From: an uncultured Sterolibacterium sp.
GTDB taxonomy: Bacteria; Pseudomonadota; Gammaproteobacteria; Burkholderiales; Rhodocyclaceae
DNA length: 32,000 bases
Reading direction: 5' to 3'
Assembly (NCBI GenBank): GCA_903832735.1
Contig: CAILCO010000065.1
Location: forward strand, 1,350 to 33,349
A program made the position numbers and the translations under genes. This document shows positions 23,331 through 31,324 of this stretch, in pieces (within the stretch, counting starts at the first letter, position 1; every line of letters starts with the position of its first letter). The notes below the pieces were generated by a model, which had not been told where the DNA came from, made no database searches, and was given only the letters and a program-made list of their open reading frames with translations.

Positions 23331-24251
23331 TTACGGGGAGGCCGGGCTAAGCAGCTGTTTGCAGGATTCCATCGTCGCGGCGCCTTCCTCTGCCAGCCAG
23401 TCGCAAAAGGCGTTGCGCGCCAGGTTGTTCTTGCTCGCCGGATCGACGTAGGCGTAGTAGGCGCGCGTTTGCACGCCCAGGCCGCCGAACGGGGTGCAGA
23501 GCCGCCCGGCGGCGATATCGTCGATGGCGAGAAAGTAGGGCATCAGGGCGATGCCCAGTCCGTCGATCGCCGCCTGCAGGGCAAAATACATCTGCTCGAA
23601 ATTGATCGTCGCCAGCGGCCTTACCTCGACAGCGCCCACCGCGGCAAGCCAGTCATGCCAACTGTAGGGCTCCGTCGAATAGTTGAGCAAGGTGTGCTGG
23701 GCGATGTCCGCAGGCGACAGCAGCAGATGCTTTTCCAGCAGGTCGGGATGACAAACGGGCAGTATGCTTTCGGTCAGGAAGAAGCGTGCGCTGGCGGGGT
23801 CGGGCGGTGTCGCCGCGCCCCTCAGGGCAATGTCGTATTCCTTGGTCGAGAAGTCCACCGGCGCCATCGAGGTCACCAGGCGCACCTTCAAGTCGAGATG
23901 CCGGCGTTGCAAGGTCGAGAATCTCGGGATCAGCCAACGCAGGGTGAAGGTCGGCGGCGCGCTGACCGTCAGCTCGATGCTGTTCTCGCGGGCGATATGC
24001 ATGGCCGCGACGGCGATCCTGTCGAGCGCGGCGCTGGCCTCGTCGAACATTTTCTTGCCCGCCGGGGTCAGCACCAGGTGTGCATTGATGCGGCGAAACA
24101 ACGCGACGCCGAGCCACTCTTCGAGGATCGCCACCTGCCGGCTGATGGCTCCGTGAGTGACATTCAGTTCCTGACCCGCCTTGGTGAAACTGACCAGTCT
24201 GGCGGCCGATTCAAATGCCCGAATCGAATTGAGCGGTGGAATTTTTCTCAT
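23331..24251 (-). CDS. LysR-family transcriptional regulator (GcvA-like)
   Basis: MRKIPPLNSIRAFESAARLVSFTKAGQELNVTHGAISRQVAILEEWLG: a winged-HTH followed by a LysR substrate-binding domain. Divergent from the ABC operon and convergent with the MFS gene. Confidence 0.9.
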   Translation of the reverse strand: MRKIPPLNSIRAFESAARLVSFTKAGQELNVTHGAISRQVAILEEWLGVALFRRINAHLVLTPAGKKMFDEASAALDRIAVAAMHIARENSIELTVSAPPTFTLRWLIPRFSTLQRRHLDLKVRLVTSMAPVDFSTKEYDIALRGAATPPDPASARFFLTESILPVCHPDLLEKHLLLSPADIAQHTLLNYSTEPYSWHDWLAAVGAVEVRPLATINFEQMYFALQAAIDGLGIALMPYFLAIDDIAAGRLCTPFGGLGVQTRAYYAYVDPASKNNLARNAFCDWLAEEGAATMESCKQLLSPASP

Positions 24252-24347
24252 GGAGATGTGATGAATTCTGACAGCCGCGAGAGTATATCTCACTAGGTCG
24301 GCATCCTGGCTCGGCTTATAATCCGGGCAAAATTCGAGGAGATGGCG

Positions 24348-25322
24348 ATGAGAAAAATTGTTTCCGGTCTGGTCTGTTCGCTGCTCCTGGCGATAGCGTC
24401 GACCCTGGCGCTGGCGCAGAACAACCCCAAGGTGGATATCGTCGTTTTCGGCCAGCCATCGCTGGGCGGTTTCCTGCAGCCGATCATCAAGGCGAGAAAG
24501 TTCGACGCCAAGAACGGCATCGAGATCAATTTCGTCGAACGCACCCCGGATGCCTATATCGCCCAGTTCAACTCGGGTGAATTCCAGGTTGGCGGCAGCG
24601 CCGCACTGCTCTCGATCGCCGTCGCCAGCAACCAGGGCGTCAAGGTCGCCTATCTGTTCAACCTGTTCGACTACTTCGGCGCGGTGGTCTCCGATCTTCC
24701 CGAGATCAAGACCCTAAAGGATCTGGAAGGCAGGCAACTGGTGGCCGCCTCGTCGACCACCAACTACGCGATGTTCAAGTGGCTGGCCATCAACGGCGGC
24801 GTGGATCTGGCGAAAGTGTCGGTGCAGAACACCGCCACTCCCGGCCTGATCGGCTACGCCCTGGCCAATCGCGCCGAGGCGATACAGATCTGGGAGCCGG
24901 CTTATTCCATCCTGATGGCGAAGAAGCCCACGCTTCATCCGCTGGATCTCGACCTGAAAAATCGCTGGAAGAAATTCGCCGGCACCGATAGCATTCCCTA
25001 TCTCGGCGTCGCTGCGCACCAGAGCTGGATCAAGGAAAATCCGCAGCTGGTCAGGAAGATGTACGCCACCTTCAAGGAAGCGGCGCAATGGATGCGCGCC
25101 AACCCGGCCGAGGCGTCGAAGCTGATCGCGACGGCGATCAAGGGCTCGGATCCGGAAGTGCTGCGCAAACTGATCGAGGACAACAGCCGCCTGGGCACCA
25201 ACGTCGCGCCGGCCGCCAAGCTGCGCAAGGGCATCGAGGCCGTCTATGCCGCCGGTCTGGCGAGCGGTTATCTGACCAAGGCGGTGGATAAATCGACGAT
25301 CTATGGAGAAAGTCTTGAATAG
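24348..25322 (+). CDS. NMT1/THI5-like (NitT/TauT family) ABC transporter substrate-binding protein
   Basis: Signal peptide MRKIVSGLVCSLLLAIASTLALA; about 320 aa; SsuA/TauA-like pattern. GAGGAG lies 6 nt upstream of the ATG at 24348. Confidence 0.85.
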   Translation: MRKIVSGLVCSLLLAIASTLALAQNNPKVDIVVFGQPSLGGFLQPIIKARKFDAKNGIEINFVERTPDAYIAQFNSGEFQVGGSAALLSIAVASNQGVKVAYLFNLFDYFGAVVSDLPEIKTLKDLEGRQLVAASSTTNYAMFKWLAINGGVDLAKVSVQNTATPGLIGYALANRAEAIQIWEPAYSILMAKKPTLHPLDLDLKNRWKKFAGTDSIPYLGVAAHQSWIKENPQLVRKMYATFKEAAQWMRANPAEASKLIATAIKGSDPEVLRKLIEDNSRLGTNVAPAAKLRKGIEAVYAAGLASGYLTKAVDKSTIYGESLE

Positions 25323-25349
25323 GCCTTGCCTCATCGTCGAGGAGTTTGC

Positions 25350-26105
25350 ATGCGTTTGAGAAAAGAGCCGATCATCTCCGGACTGGTGCTGATAGGGCTG
25401 TGGCAAGTGGCGTCGCTGTTTTTCCCGCCTTTTCTGTTTCCTTCGGTGCTGGCCATCGGCCGCGATCTGCTGGCGATCCTGACCCAGGGTGATCTGGTGG
25501 TCGGTGCCCTGGCAACCTCCGCGCGTATCCTGGGCGGCATGGCCGGGGCGTTCCTGGTGGGCGGTGCGATCGGTCTGTGGATGGGCCGGTCAACCACTTT
25601 CGAGCGCTACATCCACCCGCTGCTGATTTTCAATCAGGGCATCCCGGCCTTGTCCTGGGTGGTGATTTCCATCATCTGGTTCAAGTCCACCGAATTCCGC
25701 ATCTGGTTCATCATCCTGATGACCACCCTGCCAGCCTTCGCCTTCCAGATCCACGATTCCTACCGGGCGATTTCCAAGGATCTGATCGAGATGGCGATGT
25801 CGTTCCGGCCGAGCAAATGGGACATGGTCAGGACCCTGATCTGGCCGAGCATCCTGCCGGGCATCATGACCGCCTGGAAGGTCAATCTCGGCAATGTTTC
25901 GCGGGTCGTGGTGGTGGCCGAACTGGTCGGCGCCGGCATCGGCGTCGGTTACGAACTGCTGCAGCGTCAGCAATTGTTCGACATGGCCGGGGCCATCGCC
26001 TGGACCCTGGTGCTGGTGCTGTTCGTCGTCGTGACCCAAGGTTTGGTGACGCTCCTCGAGAGCCATTTTCTCCGCTACCGTCCGACCTCGGAGCGCCAGT
26101 TATGA
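25350..26105 (+). CDS. ABC transporter permease (NitT/TauT family, BPD_transp_1)
   Basis: Six hydrophobic segments and an EAA-like loop MAMSFRPSKWDMVRTLIWPSILPGI. The ATG at 25350 has GGAG upstream; the track start at 25326 is a TTG. Confidence 0.88.
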   Translation: MRLRKEPIISGLVLIGLWQVASLFFPPFLFPSVLAIGRDLLAILTQGDLVVGALATSARILGGMAGAFLVGGAIGLWMGRSTTFERYIHPLLIFNQGIPALSWVVISIIWFKSTEFRIWFIILMTTLPAFAFQIHDSYRAISKDLIEMAMSFRPSKWDMVRTLIWPSILPGIMTAWKVNLGNVSRVVVVAELVGAGIGVGYELLQRQQLFDMAGAIAWTLVLVLFVVVTQGLVTLLESHFLRYRPTSERQL

Positions 26106-26848
26106 GCGTGGTGAACTTCGCCGGCGTGTCGAAACGCTTCGAGGGCGAGAGCCAGGGCTACGCGGTCAAGGATCTGGACTTATCCATCGCCCCGGGGGAA
26201 CTGGTGGCCGTGGTCGGCAAGACCGGTTGCGGCAAATCGACCATGTTCAATCTGCTGATCGGGCTGATCGCGCCCAGCGCGGGCGAGATTCGCGTCCTGG
26301 GCTGCAATCCCTTTGCCGATTTCGATGCGCTGGCCGGCAAGATCAGCGTGGTCTTCCAGAATGACCGGCTGCTGCCCTGGCGCAGCGCCCTGGAGAATGT
26401 CGCCTATGGCCTGGAACTGCGCCATGTCGCCCGGGAGCGGCGCCTCGCCGTCGGCCGCGACTGGCTGAAACGGCTGGGGCTGGAAGCGCATCAGGACAAG
26501 TACCCGCATTCTCTTTCCGGCGGCATGCGGCAGCGGGTAAGCATTGCCCGGGCGTTCGCCACCGATCCTGAGATACTCCTCTGCGACGAGCCTTTCAGCG
26601 CCCTAGACGAACTCACCGGCGCCAGCCTGCGCAGCGAGTTCCGCCGCCTGGTGCAGGAGACCCACAAGACCGGCGTCTTCGTCACCCATTCGATACGCGA
26701 GGCCATGGACATCGGCGACCGTATCCTCGTCTTCTGTGCGCCCGGACATGTGGCCGCCGAGTTTTCGCTGCCGGCGTCCTTGCGCGAACTCGGCGAGGAG
26801 GGACTAAAGCAGCGAATCCTCGAGGTGATGGGCGGTACTGGCGCTTAG
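26102..26848 (+). CDS. ABC transporter ATP-binding protein
   Basis: Walker A GKTGCGKST, signature LSGGMRQRV, Walker B ILLCDEPFSALD, H-loop VTHS. ATGA overlap with the permease stop. Confidence 0.92.
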   Translation: MSVVNFAGVSKRFEGESQGYAVKDLDLSIAPGELVAVVGKTGCGKSTMFNLLIGLIAPSAGEIRVLGCNPFADFDALAGKISVVFQNDRLLPWRSALENVAYGLELRHVARERRLAVGRDWLKRLGLEAHQDKYPHSLSGGMRQRVSIARAFATDPEILLCDEPFSALDELTGASLRSEFRRLVQETHKTGVFVTHSIREAMDIGDRILVFCAPGHVAAEFSLPASLRELGEEGLKQRILEVMGGTGA

Positions 26849-26919
26849 GTGCCGTGCGAACTCGGCACGAGGGTCATGTCTGCAGCTGCGAACTGACTCG
26901 TGTCAAGCGCATGCAGGTA

Positions 26920-28791
26920 TCAGACGGCAAAGTGGCAGGCCTTCCAGACGTTCTCGATTTTTGTCAGCCGGGCATTACCCGGATCCTTGTCGCGGACGTA
27001 CTTCAGGTAAGCCTGCATCTGGATGCTGTGGCTGCGCTGCTCGTCGAGCGGAATCCTGATTCTGCCGTCGCGTACTTCTTCCGCGAGTTTGGCGATGGCG
27101 GTTGCCGCATTCAGGTAGATGAATACGCTCGGCGTCACGGTTGCCAGTTGCTGGAATTCCTTGACGGCTTCCTGCAGTTGCCCGTGCTTCGCCAGGTTGA
27201 TGGCGGCCTTGTTGAGTTCCTTGAGGCGCTGCGACGATTCCTCGGCCAGTTTCGCACCCATGGCCGAGAGGCCGGCGGAAAGTAGTGCCTTATTGACCCG
27301 CCCGGTCATCGACTCATTGCCGAAATGGTCGTTATAGAGGCTGCCGGCACAGGCCAGCGCCATGGCCTGGTCGCCCTGCTTCAAGGCGATGTTCATCAAG
27401 GCCATCGACTGTTCGGTATCGACGACGAGTCCTTTGCCCTGTGCCTGTTGATGGGCCAGGCTCATGCGGGCATAGGCCTGGGCCGCTCCCTGGGCATTGC
27501 CGGAAAGCGTCTCCGCGGCATAGCTGATCATGTGTCCGGCAAGGGCAAACCCCTGGTCGTCCTTGTGGTAGTCGCGCAGGTGCAGGTTGAGCGCATCGAG
27601 GCGCTCCTGAGCACCCTTCGAAGCCGAACTCATCAGCAGTCCGGCGTATCCGCAGAAATCTCCGGGCGTCAGGAACGAGGAGCCGCGGCCATGCTGATGC
27701 ATCAGGGCGTAGGCCTCGATCGCCGAGGAGGGATCGTTAGTCGCCTGAGCCACGCGCACGACTTCACGATGACGGTGCAGTGCTTTCGGATTTTTCTGCA
27801 GCACGGCCTTCAACACCTGCTTGCTGCTCTCCAGGTCGCCCTTGCGCTCGTGAACTTTGGCGATCACGTCGTGCGCCTTGAGGAAATCGGGACTGTCCTT
27901 GATCAGGGATTCCAGTATGTCTTGTGCTTCGTCGTGCCTGTCCATATGGAAGAAGGCCCGCCCCTTGCCCAGACGCGCCCAGGGCAGCCTGGGTCGCGAT
28001 TCCAGGATGTGCTCGTAGTGGCGATAGGCTTCCGCATATTGATCGAGTTGGAGCAGGCATTCGCCGGCTATCCGCTGGAAGTCGATGGCGTGCTGCTCGG
28101 ATTCGACGGCCTGCTTTTTCGCGATCACCAGCGCCTCGGCATAACGACCGGAGTCGAACAGCGTGGTCGCTACTTTAAGGACCAGCCGGCGATTCCATGC
28201 CCGTTCCAGACGTTCCATCAGGATGGCCGGGGTGATGGGCTTGATCAGGTAATCGTCTGGGGCCAGTTCCGCCGCAGAAAATACCTGGCCATAATTCCTT
28301 TCCCCGGTGATCATGATCCATAAGGTGGATTGAGGCAGCAGCTTGTTCCGGCGGACCTCTTCCAGCAGCATCTGTCCATCGCGGGTGTCGGAGAGGATGT
28401 AGTCGCAAAGCACGACATCGAAATCACCGCTGGACCTGATGCGGAACAATGCGTCATTATAGGATTCGGCCGTTGCGATCTTCTTGCCGCCCATTTCCGC
28501 GATGGTATTGCGCAACCATTTGCGCATCAGCGGAGAATCTTCCACGACGAGGTAGGAAAGATCCACATAGGGGCAGGGAGGAAGCGCCGTGGCCCGCTTG
28601 ATCAAATGCTTTACATCGCCATCCGGGGCTTGGGCATAGCCTGCTGCACTACCCTTGCCAGGCGGCGTCGGAATGTCGTCGTCATCGAGCATGGGTCGGA
28701 AATATTTCTTCTTTCTCGCTTTGGCCTGCTTGCCGTCTTCCGGATCGTCTTGAGGCAACTGCGGAGGCAACTGCGCCGCCCAATGCATCAC
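26920..28791 (-). CDS. Response regulator receiver domain fused to a long TPR-repeat region (no DNA-binding or enzymatic output domain recognised)
   Basis: REC motifs: LVVEDSPLMRKW, VVLCDYILSD (phospho-acceptor Asp), IMITG, YLIKP. About 400 aa of TPR-like helices follow (YAEAYRHYEHILESRP..., DEAQDILESLIKDSPDF...). The start is uncertain: GTG 28791, ATG 28788, no clear RBS. Confidence 0.8.
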   Translation of the reverse strand: MMHWAAQLPPQLPQDDPEDGKQAKARKKKYFRPMLDDDDIPTPPGKGSAAGYAQAPDGDVKHLIKRATALPPCPYVDLSYLVVEDSPLMRKWLRNTIAEMGGKKIATAESYNDALFRIRSSGDFDVVLCDYILSDTRDGQMLLEEVRRNKLLPQSTLWIMITGERNYGQVFSAAELAPDDYLIKPITPAILMERLERAWNRRLVLKVATTLFDSGRYAEALVIAKKQAVESEQHAIDFQRIAGECLLQLDQYAEAYRHYEHILESRPRLPWARLGKGRAFFHMDRHDEAQDILESLIKDSPDFLKAHDVIAKVHERKGDLESSKQVLKAVLQKNPKALHRHREVVRVAQATNDPSSAIEAYALMHQHGRGSSFLTPGDFCGYAGLLMSSASKGAQERLDALNLHLRDYHKDDQGFALAGHMISYAAETLSGNAQGAAQAYARMSLAHQQAQGKGLVVDTEQSMALMNIALKQGDQAMALACAGSLYNDHFGNESMTGRVNKALLSAGLSAMGAKLAEESSQRLKELNKAAINLAKHGQLQEAVKEFQQLATVTPSVFIYLNAATAIAKLAEEVRDGRIRIPLDEQRSHSIQMQAYLKYVRDKDPGNARLTKIENVWKACHFAV

Positions 28792-28860
28792 TCACTGCGG
28801 CAGCTACTGCGCTCCATGCACCACGGTATTTGGCTTGCGTCATGGACTTCGCCCATTATA

Positions 28861-31095
28861 TTACTTATACCATAAGTACCTGAGGCCGAGCCACGCGCCA
28901 CGCGGCGCGCCCGGGGCGACGAACTGCTCGGTGAGGATGTTGCCGCCGTCGAAGGTGTGCCCGGGTCCGTTGAAGTAGTTCTGGCCGAGGACGGCGAAAT
29001 TGGCATATTGCCTGTTGAACAGATTGTCGACGCGCGCGAATAGTTGCAGATTTTTGGCGAGCGTATAGATGGCATCCAGATTGACCAGGAAGTAGCCGGC
29101 GACCGTGCCGTTCCTATCCTGATTGTTTTCGTCGCCGCGGGCATAAATGGCGCTGCGCAACAGCAGGCTGGCCGCGATGTCCCAGTCCGGCGTCGCCGTG
29201 TAGTCCAGGCGCAACTTCAGACTGTTTTGCGGCAGGCCGGGCATCCGGTTGCCCGGCAGTACCTGGATGTCGCCGTTGCCATCGGCGCTCGAATTGCTCG
29301 CACTGCGTTCGCGGTAGGCCGTTAGATATCTTGCCTCGATGTGGCTATAGCTCAAGGTCGCGGCAAGCTTGTCCCGGACCGTCCGGGCGGAGAATTCCAG
29401 CCCCTGGCGGCGCGTAGCGCCGACGTTCTGGAAATAGCCGGTACTGCTGGCAGCGCCGCTGCTGCTGATGAATTGCAGATCGTCGGCCAGCGTGGTGCGG
29501 AACATCGCCGCGCTCCAGTTCGATGTGGCGCCCAACTTGCCGCGCGCACCGAACTCGGCGGTTTTGGCGATCACCGGTTTCAGTGGCGGATCGGCGATAA
29601 AGGCGTTGGGCAGAGAGCAGGGTGCGTTGGGGTCAGCGCAGGCGAGCTCGATCGCGGTGGGCGTGCGCATGCCTTGATTGTAGCCGCCGTAGGCGGTGAG
29701 TCCGGGGTGCGGATGGTAGCTCAGGCCGAGGCCGGGATTGATCCGCGAAAACTCATGCGTGCCGTTGAGCAAGGCTTGCAGGCCGGTCTGGTCGGCCATG
29801 CTCACCCGCGCCAGATTGTAACGAGCCGATACCGTGCCGGACCATCGCGGGTTCCAGGACAGGGTATCGGAAAAGAACAGGCCAAGGTTGCTGTTCACCG
29901 TCCTGGCATCGGTGACTAGCGCGTACGGGGCTATCCCGACGGTGTCGCGACGCGCCGTGAATTGCGCATCCTGGCTGAACTGGGTGAAACTCGCCTGGGC
30001 CAGATCGCCGCTGATGCCGATCGCCAGCTGATTGTCCATGGCGGCCAGCCTGCCCAGCCGGGACAATTGCAGGCTCATGCCGTAGCTGTCCTGCAGGACT
30101 GCGGCGCGGGCATTGCTGGCCTCGATGGCGCTATTGACGTCGCCGTTGACGTTGCTGCTGAGATTCCGGTTGCTGTAGTTGCGATAGTAGGCATTGCCAG
30201 ACAGTTGCACGGTTTCGCTGAAGAAATGACTGCCCGACAGGCTCCACAGGCTGGCCCGGTTTTGATTCTCGTCGGGAAAGGTGTAGGCCTGCCGGGGGTT
30301 GTCGAGAAACGAGCGCGGGATGGTCTGGGCACCATGCAGATCATTGTTCGCCGCAGTCAGACTCAACTCTACGCGGGTGTCGGAAATTCGATAGCCGATC
30401 TTGCCGAATAGTTGCCTGACCAGGCTGGGGTTGTGCTCGGCCCAGCCGCGCTCTGCCGAGTCGTTGGCGGTGACGAAGTAGTCCAGCTTGCCGGCCCGGC
30501 CGCCATGTTCCAGTTCCCAGGTCTTGCGCCCGAACGAGCCGCCGGATAGTTCCAACTGCCCGCCGGGATGGCTGCTGCCGCTCTTGGTGCTGATGGCGAT
30601 CGCGCCGCCCAGCGTATTCAGGCCGAAGACCGGGTTCGAGCCGGGAATGACCTGCAGGCCGGCAATCGCCGCTAGTGGCAGCAAGTCCCAGTTCACGACA
30701 TCGCCGAAGGGCTCGTTGATGCGCACCCCATCCTGGAATACCGACAGTCCCTGCGGCGTGCCGAGCAGCGGCGAAGCAGTGAAGCCTCGGTAACTGACGT
30801 CAGGCTGGTAGGGATTTCCCTGCGCCGCATTGACCGTCACGCTGCCCAGATTCTGCTCCAGATACTCGGTGATGTTGCCGGCATGCTGCCGTCCGATATC
30901 CATCCCTCTGACGCTCTGCAGGTTGCCGGCAATATCGCGCAGCGGCAGGCCGAGGCCGGGCAGCGGCAGGGCCCCTGTGACGACGATAGCGGGCAGTTCC
31001 TGGATGCCTCCGTTCGGCGGGTCGGCAGCCCGAACCTGCCCGGTCAGGATCAGCAGCAGGCAGGGCAACGCCAACGAACGAGACGAACGAATCAT
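28861..31095 (-). CDS. TonB-dependent outer-membrane receptor
   Basis: Signal peptide MIRSSRSLALPCLLLILTGQVRA. Plug motifs: LPAIVVTG, PDVSYRGF, VFQDGVRINEPFGDVVNWDL, GSNPVFGLNTLGGAI. A long beta-barrel ends in an aromatic-rich C-terminus, LGLRYLWYK. Confidence 0.9.
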   Translation of the reverse strand: MIRSSRSLALPCLLLILTGQVRAADPPNGGIQELPAIVVTGALPLPGLGLPLRDIAGNLQSVRGMDIGRQHAGNITEYLEQNLGSVTVNAAQGNPYQPDVSYRGFTASPLLGTPQGLSVFQDGVRINEPFGDVVNWDLLPLAAIAGLQVIPGSNPVFGLNTLGGAIAISTKSGSSHPGGQLELSGGSFGRKTWELEHGGRAGKLDYFVTANDSAERGWAEHNPSLVRQLFGKIGYRISDTRVELSLTAANNDLHGAQTIPRSFLDNPRQAYTFPDENQNRASLWSLSGSHFFSETVQLSGNAYYRNYSNRNLSSNVNGDVNSAIEASNARAAVLQDSYGMSLQLSRLGRLAAMDNQLAIGISGDLAQASFTQFSQDAQFTARRDTVGIAPYALVTDARTVNSNLGLFFSDTLSWNPRWSGTVSARYNLARVSMADQTGLQALLNGTHEFSRINPGLGLSYHPHPGLTAYGGYNQGMRTPTAIELACADPNAPCSLPNAFIADPPLKPVIAKTAEFGARGKLGATSNWSAAMFRTTLADDLQFISSSGAASSTGYFQNVGATRRQGLEFSARTVRDKLAATLSYSHIEARYLTAYRERSASNSSADGNGDIQVLPGNRMPGLPQNSLKLRLDYTATPDWDIAASLLLRSAIYARGDENNQDRNGTVAGYFLVNLDAIYTLAKNLQLFARVDNLFNRQYANFAVLGQNYFNGPGHTFDGGNILTEQFVAPGAPRGAWLGLRYLWYK

Positions 31096-31209
31096 TTGCT
31101 TTCCCGGGTGGAAAATAGCCTGCGGCGAAGTACCGAGACGTCATCGACCTGCAGCGTAGATTACCCTGAAGAATCTCTTTACAAGGCGGCCCGTTTGGGG
31201 GGATGATCC

Positions 31210-31239
31210 GCCGGCATCGAATCGATTCGCTAGGCCGGC
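31210..31239. promoter_or_regulatory. Imperfect 30-bp palindrome in the divergent TBDR / PQQ-dehydrogenase intergenic region
   Basis: GCCGGC-at-CGAATCGATTCG-ctag-GCCGGC: a perfect 12-bp palindrome (31218-31229) flanked by two self-complementary GCCGGC hexamers. Confidence 0.3.
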
Positions 31240-31324
31240 ATTATACAAAGACCAAGAGCCGACGGATCAGCGACAGGATGGGACGGCCCATACCTGTTTG
31301 GCGATACTTCAGGGGGAGGGGACC

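Noticed and set aside
26849-26868. Hairpin GTGCCG-tgcgaact-CGGCAC right after the ABC ATPase stop, as a possible terminator.
   Set aside because: It has only a 6-bp stem, an 8-nt loop and no following U-run. That is too weak to call as a feature, although it may still help termination between the convergent genes.
31096-31324. Cobalamin riboswitch or Fur box upstream of the TonB-dependent receptor. Also a TPP riboswitch upstream of the NMT1/THI5-like SBP (24252-24347).
   Set aside because: I could not find the B12-box consensus, a GATAATGATAATCATTATC-like Fur dyad, or the CUGAGA / ACCUGAUCUGGAUAAUGCCAGCG TPP elements on the relevant strands. The leader upstream of the SBP is also too short.
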